DNA of 64,000 nucleotides from Dimorphilus gyrociliatus (GCA_904063045.1 CAJFCJ010000007.1:1756873-1820872); one strand, 5' to 3'; numbered from the stretch's first letter, positions 24,297 to 36,683 are shown. The notes: generated by a model from the sequence alone, not told the origin. Made by a program: numbers and translations.

Positions 24297-25436
24297 ATGG
24301 ACTTTTTACACTTTAACTTTCTAGAAAACTCAAAATCAAAGGACTCTCTGTTCGCTATGAAAGCACACAAAATTATGTATATTTTAAGGGGTCTGCCAGG
24401 TTCAGGGAAATCAACTATATCTAACCAACTAGTTGATCTACACGAGAAAACAATCATTTGCTCCGCTGATGACTTTTTCCTAAATTTGGATGGCGTTTAT
24501 GAATACAATGAGACAAAAAAAAAAGAAGCCCATTGTTGGTGTCAGGAAAAAGCAAAGGAGGCATGTAGTCTTGGAAATCATGTAATTATAGATAATACTA
24601 ATGTTCGAAAATGGGAATTAAAGTTTTACATCGATCTGGCAAAAGAATTTGGTTATGTCACAATTGTCATCGAGCCAGAAACAGACTGGAAGTGGGATCC
24701 CGAAATTTTATCAAGGAAAAATAAACACAAGGTAAAAATATTAAAAATATTCCGTATAAATAACTGTATATTATGTTTGTAACATTAGGTTACAAAAGAA
24801 GTTCTAGAGAGAAAACTTAAAAATTATGAACTTATCAGACCTGTTTATTATGCCTGGTTTTACAATGAAGAAGATAGCGAAATGCTAAGAAAAATGGGAA
24901 AGGATTTTTATACATCTGCAAAGAAAGTGAAAGAATTTACATTTGTGGATACTACAACATTTGAAGATACTTTTACTAGAGACAACTCTTCTAGTAAATT
25001 TTTTCATTGCACAGCTAAATTTCTTGGAACAAAGCAGAAAGCAAAAGAATTAACAAATTTTGAAAATTTTGCAAACAAATTCATCGGGTCTACACACTTA
25101 ATGCATATAACAGGCTTTTTAATCTCCCCAAGGACAATTTGTGCAAAAGTTGAATTAACAGAAGAACAGCTCAAGCTCTGGGATGATACGGATATACCTA
25201 ATAAAGAAAATCAAAGAGGTTCAAAAGCTCATATAACAATTGGATATAAGAAAAATGAGCGTGCTGTGGAAGCTGGAAACGACGTTGTAAAGTATATTTT
25301 AGAAGAAAAAAATGAAAAAGCGATAAATACTATAACGACAAGCGAGGGAGTCATAAACCTCTTCAAGAATGGACTAATTTTTCTTAAATTGAAGAAAAGT
25401 ATTGAAATTAATGGTATATTTGCAGGACGATATTAA
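24297..25436 (+). CDS. CNP: 2',3'-cyclic-nucleotide 3'-phosphodiesterase (CNPase), P-loop kinase-like + 2H domain
   Basis: Exons 24297-24730 and 24789-25436. ILRGLPGSGKST P-loop, 2H motifs FHCTAKF and AHITIG, C-terminal IFAGRY. Confidence 0.9.
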
Positions 25437-25515
25437 ATACAGAATATCCAAAACAAAATTACTACAATTGACACAACAAATTGAACAATAGTTGATGATT
25501 ATATATATAAATCAG

Positions 25516-27540
25516 CTAGTCTATTGCAGATGTTCTTGCCCTACCTACACTAATAATTGATATAACTGAACCTCTCGAAACACCTGAAGTCGCTCTCCCG
25601 CGAAATGATGAACGTCTCAATTCTCCGTCATTATCATCCGCTTCGTCATCATCGTTTTCTTTTCGACGGCGCATTTCTGATATGAGTTCTTTAAATTGTT
25701 CTTTTAAATACTCAACTTTATTTTCAATATCAGATGACTGTTCTCCATTTTTTATATCTTGCAATTGCTTTTGAACGTCCAGAACCGCCTTCTTTATCTG
25801 TAAAATATTAAAAATATCTTATCTGCGTATTTCTTAAAAACACTAACCTCTTCTAAAGATCTTTCATTTGGCCATCTAAAGATTTGGCTGTGAAGTTGCT
25901 GTTGGCTCAAAGAAGACCTCTTCTCGCCCGGCACTTTCCGATTTGCAAGTAATCGTCCCAAAGTATTCATTTCAGATGTGAAATAATCAGTTAGAATGCT
26001 CGGGTTAGCAGGGCATTTACCGTTAGTCAAACAAACCATTCTTATAGCATCGTGGTAAACTGTGAATGTTAATGTAAATGGAATGTTAACAAGTAAAGGC
26101 GACCAGCCAATGATCATCCTAACTGGATGATTCTTTATATCCACGCATTGCGTTGGACCAGGAACGTTTGCGATTAAACAAGAGCATTTTCCAAACCAAC
26201 TTGATCTAGAAGTTGAATATTTTTATCATCTATAAAAAAAAGTACTAATACTTCAAACCTTAAAGCAAAAAAAGTTGACTTTGGCAGCAAAGCGTTTAGA
26301 ACCTTACAAGAGAAAAAAGACAGATTCGCTGTTGAAGAGTTTTTCAGTTTTTCCATTCTATGCTTTATTTTCCACAAACGTGGAATAACACCTTCTATGT
26401 CGGTAGGTAAGGCAACATTTACCCACGCAGTTTCGTTTTTAGAAGAGTTTCTGATATCAATAGGAACAGCTGCTTGTATCTCTGTAGGGTTCCAGCTGCC
26501 ATTTAGTTGCATTTGTTTTCGAATTGAACCGGTTGCCACAGTTAAAAGAATGTCGTTTAGCGTGCATCTGTAAATTTTGTTTTAATTTTTTTTCATTATT
26601 TAAAAAAAAAAATTTTAAATATATATAGGTTGGAATTACCTGCTGACTAATTTCATTCGTAAAGCTAATTGTAAAGGAAAAGGTTCTGATGATGCCAGTT
26701 GCACTGGACCAGTAAACTGCTCCCTTTTAAAGCTGTTGTCATCAGAATCAATAAAAAATAAATTCTTTAAAATATAATTTGGGGCCAAAAGAATGGATTT
26801 TATAAAAGCAGAACATTTGTGTTTTTGTCCAAATCTTGATTTAAGCGATATTTTTTCAGTTGAAAACACCTCCGTAAAAAGTTGTGCAATGTTTACTCCA
26901 TCTACAAGAGCTGCATGACATCTAAATAGTAATAAGGTTTCTTCTGAGCTATTCTATAATAGATTTTGTTAGTTAGTGATTTAAAAATAAATAACCTCAC
27001 TTGAACAAATATCTGCCAAGGTGGAAAATCCAACGATAAAGGCTGAAATGAAGAACTTGCAAGATACTTGTATAAATTTGTTGCAGAAAAGGGCAACTCA
27101 TTAGATGAAAAAATGTGGTTATTTAGAGCGAGCTTTGGCGAAGATTTCCAAATTCTTGTTCCATTTAGATATGTCAGTTTTTTCTTCAAATGAGCAATTA
27201 ACCCTGAGTCAGAATCTAGTTTTTCTTGAAACAGTGTGAAAATGTCGTCGACTTCTAAACGTCCTTCTACCACAATTAAACTTTGAGTAACTTGTTGGCA
27301 GTGCTCTGCCCATAATTCTTCACTTATGTTTAATTTGCAATGCCGCAAAAATCCATTACAGAGTGAAGAAAAGAATTTTACAATAAAAATCACTGGCAAA
27401 ATTATCAGATAGAAAAGTAAAAAAAAGCAAAAAAGCAAAAGATTTGCAAAAAAATTAAAAATATATACAAAAAATTGAACAAGAGAATTTTTGTCAACGG
27501 GATGTTTTATTCTTGATAAATTAAATGACAAGTTATCCAT
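25516..27540 (-). CDS. WS/DGAT (wax ester synthase/diacylglycerol acyltransferase)-like protein with altered active-site motif
   Basis: Multi-exon, N-terminal TM segment. PPWQIF, FRCHAALVDG (HHxxxDG position), CTLNDILL, AAVPIDIR, ANVPGP, acidic coiled-coil tail. Confidence 0.8.
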
Positions 27541-27709
27541 CTCTTCATTTCAGTGAAAAAACCGCAACCTGATAACTGTCTGCTTCTGTGCATACATTAG
27601 ACGCTTATTGATTTTCAGACGATGACGTCATCTTTACCTATTGATTAATAAATTTTGCGAGAAATTAAAAAAATCTTTGAGACTATTGCAATTGTGTATA
27701 TTTAAGCTT

Positions 27710-28642
27710 TTAAAGATCAATTTTATATCTTTTACAAACGAATGCAGATTTTATATAGCAACTTTCATCAAACCACTTGTGTTCTCTTAAACCTGCAATA
27801 TATACATTTCTTTGTTTAAAACATATCCTAAAACATTTCTTTTCAATTTTTAAATAGTCATACCTTTTTCCATAAATACACAGTTTGCCGGCGCCGGCTG
27901 AGAATTTGGCTCACCATATCCCCAATTGTAGAAATCTACAGATGTTTTATCGGTCCACAAAAATTCTTTTCCATTTGTTTTTATTAATCCAGTCAGAAGA
28001 ATTGGTTGCTGCAAACTATAACAAAAATTAAATATAATATAATTATACGTTAATATCCTCACTTTAGACTCATTATAAAGTCATTTTCTTTCCTGGAATG
28101 TATACTAGCCAGCGAGGAATTGAACTTTCGACAAAAGAAATCCGCCATTACAAAATTGAGGTTATCGTTAAAGTATTTATAGCAAGCATTTTTGAAACTC
28201 TTCCAACCATCGCACATCTTATTATTTTTCGGTGTATTGCTCTATAAATATATATCTATAGGAACAACTTACCAGACTTTAAAAATATTTACCGCTTTCT
28301 TTATTCTTTCAACGAATTGTAAGTTATAGAATGAAAATTTTGAAAAATTTAGTGTATTTTCAGCATAAATCTTTTCGTGTAGGCGACATTTAAAATTCCA
28401 ATAGGAAAATGATTGACAGAAAGGAAACAATTTCATACAATTCTGGGCGCAAAGAATTTCATTTTCAACGTTCATTGAACTTAAATAAAGACTAGGTGAC
28501 ATATTTTGGAATGATGTACTTTTATTCCAAGACAGACACATGTCTTCACTGAAAGAAAACTAAAAAATTATTTAAAGACGGTAGAATGTATATAATACCA
28601 AATAGTTTCACGAAGCAATATAAGATACAGAAAAGCTCTCAT
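27710..28642 (-). CDS. Secreted PAN/apple + C-type lectin domain protein
   Basis: Signal exon MRAFLYLILLRETIC. PAN-like CAQNCMKLFPFCQSFSYWNFKCRLH. CTL domain CDGWKSFKNACYKY...LASIHS...W...WGYGEPN...C...WFDESC...FVCK. Confidence 0.8.
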
Positions 28643-29819
28643 TTTGGAATGAGAAATAATTTAGAAAACTATCGATTGTTTTCTAATAATTATACTGTTA
28701 ATTGATTATTACTGGAAGCAACTGATTATAGCATTAGTAATGGACTAATTTTTTCTGAATGATAGACATTAGCAAAAAATATCGTTTGAAAGACTGGATT
28801 GATCTTATACAATAACCAATGTCTTGAAGATTTTTTCTTTAAGAACAAAGACTACTTTCTTTAAGAATTGTTTCTTTTATCCTTCTTTCTTAATATTTTT
28901 CTTACATGACTGAAAATTTGAAGGAATTTCTCTAAAAACTAATAAAAACACAAAATAGATTAAAAATATTTGGTACAATGAGCTTTTACATATATTTCTA
29001 GCATGTGCGTTCAAAGTTTAACGTTTAAAATATTTTTCTTTCTCTGATGTTTTTGTATGAAATGCAAATTCGTTTTTGTTTTTTCCCGAGTAATCTATAG
29101 CGTCTCCTCTATAATAAAACTTGTAATTTTGTAATGTACTTTATCTAATTTTTTTTAATAGGAGGCTAAACTTGGTTAGTCTCAAAATATATACTTGCAA
29201 AAAATGACTACAAAATTAATGAAATTAATGTCTGATGTTAAGAATTTTTGAAATAATTCCATATCTCTCTGAACGAGGATAAAAAACTAGAAAACCTCAA
29301 TCGGTCTTTGGCTAATATTAAAAGTTAAGAAAAGATTTTTTGAATAAACCAGAGGTTCGTATAAAAAAAGAGAAAATATTTAAATATTTAAACATTTAAA
29401 ATATATACGAAAACCTTTCAAAAATTGATTATTAAGAAAAAATACATTATTCTTTTAATGGTTTTTCAATACAAATAACATGTACTGAGATTAAATTTTT
29501 TTCAACTAAGTTGCAACTGAAGTTTGAAGATAAGATGCTTGATATCTTCTGAGCAAGAAACGTTAGAAACAGTGTTAACTGCATCACATTCATCATATTA
29601 CATGTTTATCACAAATATTTCAAACGCACCGCTAAAGTTTTTTATATCATTTTACAACTACTCTACTTTTTTTTAATATAGTTTTTAAATGGGTATCTGT
29701 AAATAGTTATATTTTTGAACAAGAGACTTTCAAAAATCCTTCCTTCATATGATATCTGTCATTCTATAAGGCTTCTGTTTTAGTTTCTGTAATTTTTTTA
29801 GAATGGTAAAATTATGTCG

Positions 29820-31710
29820 TAAGCTCTTTAAGTTATTATTTTTTTGGCTGTATTCTGGTTACATCACGAGTAGGATAGGATCCCTGATGATGTTTTCGCT
29901 CTTTTTATCACAGAGAGAGCTAATGCGATACAAGAATTTAAACACTTTCCACCAGTTCAAGACTTATGTTGACAAAAAGCTCTGTTTATATTGTAAATAA
30001 CGTAAACAATGTGCAAAATAGAAATTAGGAGTATTCTACGAGACAATTAGCTAACGCGCTTTGAACGAACGTTCAAAGAGATTTATAAAAAAAAGCAGTC
30101 AGAATGAAAAGGATGGTGAGAAATTATATATAGGACCTTGAGCAAGAAATTTTTAGACGAAAAACAAGTTGATGTGGTTAAAAAAAATTGAAATTTTACT
30201 CTTGTTAAAAACTTTGTAAATGTAAATGGTTCTTAATGAAAAGTGTTGAATAAATTTACGCTAGGTAATATCTTTAATAACCAACAGAGGGCTATGGTCT
30301 TTTGAAAACGTAACGTAATAATAAAACTCGCCAGGTGGCTCTTACAGGAATATGATTCAGTAGTTGAATTGTCTTCACCACTTTCAGATTCTTTGAAAAA
30401 AATGTTAATCGATGACAACTAAAAAAAAGTCCTATCCTGCTTTATTCAAAAGAAAAGACGAAGTTCTCAATATGGAAAGTAACGAATTCGTCTACGTTTT
30501 TGGGACAATTTAGGAAAGAGAAATTATATTGTTCGTTATATGTGGAAATAGAGAATATCTTCACTGTTGGGAGTTAAGAATATTTTTAAGTGTTGAGTAG
30601 AAGCGGATACTTTCGATAATCTAGAATTAAAGGTACTTATAACCTTTGGATAAAAAGAACGTTTGCCCGTTGAAAAATATTTAAAAAATAAAATGGCGAG
30701 CATTATAGATTCTGCTGAACTCGAAGATTCGATATTGCCGTCTCAGCTAAAAAGTGCTTTAGTTTCAAGGTTATTGAACCAGAAAGCTCCTTTTTACGAA
30801 TTTATACAAGAAAGAGTCATACAAGAACTATAGTGGTAGCCAAAGTTTTGTATGTCAAAGATATATTGTCTTGTGACAATTTGGAAGATTACTATTCAAC
30901 TTCAATATATTCTGACCATCAAAAGCCACAGGGCTGGAAATGTAATAAAGGTTTAAATTTTGAAATATATCGAAAGCGATAGTGAAGCGGAGTTAGTAAA
31001 ATCGTTATCGGAAGAGCAGATTATGGAATTCTGCTCGTGGAAAAGATATTCCGTCTATCGTGGAAGAATTAGAATTAAAAACAATCTGGGAAGAACTAGA
31101 AGAAATTGTTAATTGATTATCTACCCTTTGAAAATAATAATAATAATCAATTGGAAAGTGAGATAGTCGCAAAAGTTAAGAGGATAATCTTACCCATAGT
31201 GAAAGAATCAATACAAGACGAAAAATCAAATCGACAAGACGAGCTAGCTCACTTAGAGGAACAATTAATAAAGCTGTTCAAGGAAAAATTACTTCGTCAA
31301 TTAAACGATATAAAAAGATATTAAAGGAAAAGTCAACTTGTTCAAAGGATCAAGTGATTAAATTGATAGAACTGAAATTCTGTCATGTAAAAGAGAGATT
31401 GGACCTTTTAGAAGAGAAAATTAATTCAAATATGCGAGGGAGTTTGAGCAGTTGTTGAATGAATTTCGGTAGAAATAAATTTCCAGAAAAAGAAATTAAA
31501 GAATTATTTGGCCGAGTAACTGATTTAAACGAGATCCTATAGACTATGCTGTGTCTTGCCGAATATATGAGAAGTACCATTAAATTGTTTGGTGTAGAAC
31601 GGATCAGACCAATAGTTGCAGTTGCAGTCGAAAACTTTACTGAACCCTTAAAGGACCATAGTCCTCTTTTGGCTATTAAAAATGTTACCCAGAGTAAAGT
31701 TATTTAACAA
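29820..31710 (+). pseudogene. Decayed intronless coding-like relic (coiled-coil rich), family unknown
   Basis: Successive protein-like segments (e.g. 31106-31324 and MASIIDSAELEDSILPSQLK at ~30700) broken by stops and frameshifts, with a purine-rich + strand. No recognisable motif. Confidence 0.35.
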
Positions 31711-32150
31711 AAAGCATAGTCTAACTCCAATTTTTAAAACACCCCAAAGATAATCTTTGTTTTCATTTTGCTTTTTATCAAAATTTATAAAAAAAAGAGT
31801 TATATTTATCTAGTTCAGAAAAAAAATAAAAAAACAAATATTATTTTAATATTACGAAAATTTTTCAAAAATTTTCATTTGTTTATTTTGTATTTAGGGA
31901 GTATAAATTATCCATACATCCGTATTACATACTGTTTTGCATTAAAACGAGGGCTTAAACAAAAACTTTCTTCAGGGAACTAAATCTTACAAGTTGGTTA
32001 GCTATTATATATTTTGCTACATATTTAAAATATTTAATATCATTTTCTTATTATTGGCTATGATAAAGAAATGTAACAAGAATGAGTAGGATTATGAAGA
32101 GGGAGAAGGAAATGGTGATAGCAGCAATAATGAATTATCGGTCGATGAAA

Positions 32151-32246
32151 GCCTTCAGACTTTTAAGATTGTTCTAAAATTACCTAAAATTACTTAAATT
32201 TACTTAAAATTATGCACTTTTAGAACAATCTTAAAAGTCTGAAGGC
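32151..32246. repeat. Perfect 29-bp inverted repeat enclosing a 10-bp tandem repeat (hairpin/MITE-like)
   Basis: Arm GCCTTCAGACTTTTAAGATTGTTCTAAAA at 32151-32179 and its exact reverse complement at 32218-32246. The spacer holds AAAATTACCT/AAAATTACTT-like units. Confidence 0.9.
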
Positions 32247-32833
32247 ATTCGACAAAATTTATCTAACAAACAATGAAGAAATCGATATTATCTAACTACT
32301 TTTCAGGATAATTTTGACTTAAAATCAAATAAAAAGAAAACTCATAAAAATAAAATAACTAAATAAGGATTGAAAAACTAAAATCTAAATACTTATTATA
32401 TGGTAAAAATTTATATCTGGCTCAAAGATTATACTAAAACTTCATTGTTAAAATATAGAAAACAGATTTTTTTCTGTGAAAGAAAAGCCTTTCAAAATTT
32501 CGTGTTCTCCTTTTTGAGATCTTTACTTTGTTTATATGATTATATCGGTTTTTTCACTAACAGCAACTTTATATAAAATGCTGTCTCTAATACATAATTT
32601 GGATCATAGACATAGCAACGTTGATATTAAACTTGGAGTGGAAATATATCTCAAAAGAATAAGGGCTACCTGCTCCTCGAATGAAGAATGTATATTATCT
32701 TCAATAAATTATTTTCATCAAAAATTTTTTTAATTTTCAATTTCTAAAAATTGGATATTTCTATATGGTAGACTAAGTTTTGTAATGAAGTAGGCATTAG
32801 TTTTATTTAAAACATTTACGCTGTACAATTAAA

Positions 32834-33380
32834 TACTGTCCTGGACAACTGAATTTTAAGGTCAAATATGCGTGTGCGATCTAACAGTTCACAAATTTGA
32901 AAAAAAATCAAAGGGAAAAAAATTCTTTTTATAAACTCTCTTCAAGCATTGGAAGTATCCATCCATTGGAAGTTTGCCATGATTTTTAAATGTACCCCAA
33001 AAACTGTTGAAAGAATTCAAAACAATTATTAGACCAAAAATCGTAAAAGATAAATCAAGAGGTGTTAGCCCAAAAAAAGTGATATCAAAGATTGAAAAAC
33101 GAATATTACGACAAATTAATTTAAATGGGTCGATTGCGGCCAAAAAGCAAGCTTTGTATAAGATACAATTATTAAGAAAGAAAAACAGCTCATTTCCCTT
33201 AAAAGGAATGTGGGACAATTGGTAAAAAGTAATTTTTTCTGAAGAATCAAAGATTGAGATGAACTTCGGTAGAGAGTTTGGTAAGAAAACGTAAGATCTC
33301 AAAGAACAAAAACAGTGAAATTTTGAGAAGGGAACATCATGGTATCTGGCTATATCAAATTTAATGGGGATAGGGACTTA
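32834..33380 (+). mobile_element. Tc1-like transposon relic (5' TIR-like end, HTH and first catalytic region), truncated
   Basis: TA-CTGTCCTGGACAA end. Broken frames give W*KVIFSEESKI and KTVKF*EGNIMVSG, degenerate Tc1 WxxVIFSDESKF / TVKHGGGSVMVWG. Confidence 0.7.
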
Positions 33381-33384
33381 GCAT

Positions 33385-33665
33385 AGCCAGCCACATTGTT
33401 CCAATTTAGACACGATCGAAAAATTTTAAAATGGCTGAACTAATCACACTGATATGTTCTATATGAAGCTGGGTATCGACATAAAAAAGGGAAGAAAAAT
33501 TTATGAAGACTTGCCAAGATCTGGTCGTCCAAAGACATCTGTAACAGAAAAAAGCAGAGTTCTGGAACAATTCATGCTTAGTTCACGTAGAATTTATGGA
33601 GTATGGAGAAGTTGTAAACTCCATACAATGAAGTAAACGTTGGCACACCTCGAATTTTAATAGGC
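33385..33665 (+). mobile_element. Tc1/mariner N-terminal (HTH) fragment plus TIR-like ends
   Basis: EDLPRSGRPKTSVT motif. TIR-like TTTAGACACGATCGAAAAA (~33405) and TA-CAATGAAGTAAACGTTGGCACACC (33624). Confidence 0.6.
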
Positions 33666-33841
33666 GAAATATTAATAATCTTTTTCATAATGAAGAAATT
33701 TTATTATTTTTATTTTGTCGGTCTTAAATTATAGATTAAACCTGGAATACTATATAAGTTTCTTTCAGAAAGCATTTAGGTAAGTTTTTACATATTTTTT
33801 TTTTTATAAAAATTACTATTGTTTTACAATTATTTTTTTCT

Positions 33842-34985
33842 TACTTGGCCAACCGACATGACTATTGGCACATAATCTTTTGAGTTCAAATTTTCTTTAT
33901 CTTTGTATTTGCCGACACTCCCTTTCGATACATTTACTAATTCTATGGCCCATTCCATCATACAAATATGGACTCTAGATTTTTCTTTATGAGCTCATAG
34001 GAACACTTTAATTTTTTCCCATAATTCATCCTCTGACTCAAACTGTGGCCCATCGTAGAATATTGTTTTTGTTAGGTGCCACATGTTTTTAATCGGGCAC
34101 AGGTCGGGGCTCCTTGCTTGCCAATCAATGGTCTTAATTTCATTTTTTTTAAAGGCCCTTGCTGTTGCTCTTGCTGTATGGCAGCCAGCAATTATCTTGC
34201 TGGAAGATGTACTTTCATGCCCATTTTTGCCTCAATCTCTTCTATAAGAGGAAGAACATCTTTCACAATGAAGGAGCTATAAATTTCTGCATTTAATCTT
34301 TTCTTTATCCTCCATACTTCGAATACGCCGTCAGATATTATCAACCCCCAGACCAATACTCCGCCTCTTCCCATATTTTTCCTCACCCTAAAGTCCTTTT
34401 GGCTATTGTTGGTCCATGTCCTAAAGTCATCTTAAGTCCACTTAGCGAGAATCTAGCCTCGTCGGTGAAAATTACTCTAGACCAGTCTAGATTTTCGCTA
34501 ATCATTATTTTGAGGCAATACTCTTTTCGCGGGTTACAATCTTTAGAGGTGAGATCTGTTCTTTGCCTGATTAGAATCAGGCATTTCAAATTTTATTTGA
34601 AATTTTGCCTTTTTACCTCCCTCTGAATGGTTCTAATGCTTACATCTACTTCTAATTCTTTCAAAACCTTTGCTGCTGTCACCCTTTCCTTATTATCTTT
34701 CAGCTTCTTGATGCTCCATTTCATCCTGGCTATCTTTCTGTCTGAAAGCTTCTTCGGACCGCCCCTATTGTCTTGCTCTTGCTCTTTATAGTTGATGATG
34801 TTTCTTACTGATGATGAATACCATCCTCCTGTTATCAGAACGGTATCAACCTACTTGCATAGAGAAAAGGAGGGGAATATTAGAAAATACAATTATTAAT
34901 ATTTTTAGAGTAGACTATAGGCTATAACATAAAAAAACATTTTTGAGTTTGAAGTTTTTCGATCGTACCTAATAATTGTATATAT
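33842..34985 (-). mobile_element. Tc1 (DD34E-type) transposon, near full length, pseudogenised
   Basis: DWSRVIFTDEARFSLSG, GGVLVWG, QDN, then IDWQARSPDLCPIKNMW (catalytic E replaced by K). Several stops and frameshifts. TA-flanked TIR-like end at 33842; 5' boundary approximate. Confidence 0.85.
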
Positions 34986-36683
34986 ACGAAAGTTCTTCTT
35001 TAGGTAGCTTTGGACATTTTTCTCCAAAATTGTATTCCAGTAATAGATGTAATGTTTCAATTCCCTCTTTCAAATGTGAACAATTGTTAAAATTGCATTT
35101 TAATTACAGTTTTAGCTTTAAGTTAGAAAATTTTTTTTCCTTTTAAAACATTCGTTCTGAGTAATAGAAAATTTTTAAATATCTTTATTTTACTACTGGC
35201 TTTAATAGATTATAATTTTGAGTGTGTATAATTTGGAACCATAGTTATCTGAATCTTTTGAATATACGATGGCAGTATTGCTAATGTTTTCGATTGTATT
35301 TGAATCATGATTTCATTGTTGAATAATTCATACAATTTTCCGTCTTTCACCTGACGGACATTTCAATAACTATTTACCTAGCAGTAGCGCCATCTGAAAG
35401 AGTTATATTTCTGTTAGCAAGGAAGCGATTTAATCAAAGCGGCGTGTCGTAGTGAATTAGATTTCATTGAACTCTGACCGAATAGTCATGTTATCAAGAA
35501 GCGCGACTGGGAATGAATATGTATGAGCTTCCCAAAGGCATATTTTTGTCAGTAAATTGAATTAAGTCGGGCATTTAAGCGAGCTTATTGAAATTCAAAT
35601 GTGAGTGTGATTGATGAAAGCGATGGCTGACGTCTGTATTAAAAATACCTAAAAATTCAACTAAAAACAAAAGATTTATAACACCTTCAATTCCATTTTA
35701 TTTGTAAATTTTAAAAGCATATGAAATATCAAGTGCGTTGGCGTGATTGGTGCCCGGTCACGGTCATAACTGCTACGTAAACGAGCTTACAAAAGAGTGC
35801 TTTGATCAGCGATAAACGTGATTCTAGACTGATTTCATTGTAATCTAACGCTACTTTGAACACTCGTATTCCGACTCGGTCGGTTCGCCTAGAACTGCGC
35901 CTAGTAACACGCGTCGCCGATCAAGGATGCGAAAAATAAACGTTCTGCACCTGGGTTGTTTTCTCTGTGCATCTAGAAGGCGCCAGACTGTCCCATATCG
36001 GCCGCCCGCTAACAAACAAAGTTCGTCCGGTTGACAGGTCGTGGGCGATTTTAATACACTATTTCGAATCGTCAAATTTCTTTCAAACTTTATGTCTTGT
36101 ATCTCTCTTCAAGGTATTTTTCTCTTTTGATACTGCAATCAATACCAATACAGTTAGTTTTATTGTGTACGCCACTTCTTTCTCTCTCTATCCTCTTTTC
36201 CCGCAAATAAAACATCGTTAGAGGAACGAGAAAAGGCTGATTAGAAGCAAGCATCTGTTGTCATATTGAATTATCGAAGCCTCGAGTCAATTCGTTGAAA
36301 AGTGTTGCAAAAAAATGTTGCGTAAAGAATATTTACCGAGGCGAGTGAAAACACAATTATAAACGCTCAGCGTTTGTTTAAGGATTATTAGGTATGAAGG
36401 TATAACAGTTTGAACGACCTGTTTATTTCTCTCGATTTGATAAGAGATTATTCAAATTTAATTTTAAGATTACAAGAGAAGAAAAAGCCTGGTATTTAGA
36501 ACAAGTTTGTCAGGTGGGAGGCGCCGAGCAGGTGACGTATGTCGACCAATGGCCGAGTTTTAGCATCGAAAACTAATCGGTAGAAGCTGTCTATCAAGTG
36601 AGCCAACCATCCAATCAGCTTTCATCGACAGAAGCGCCATCCCCTAGAAGTAGAAAATTGAGCGCACTAGCAAATCGAAGAGC

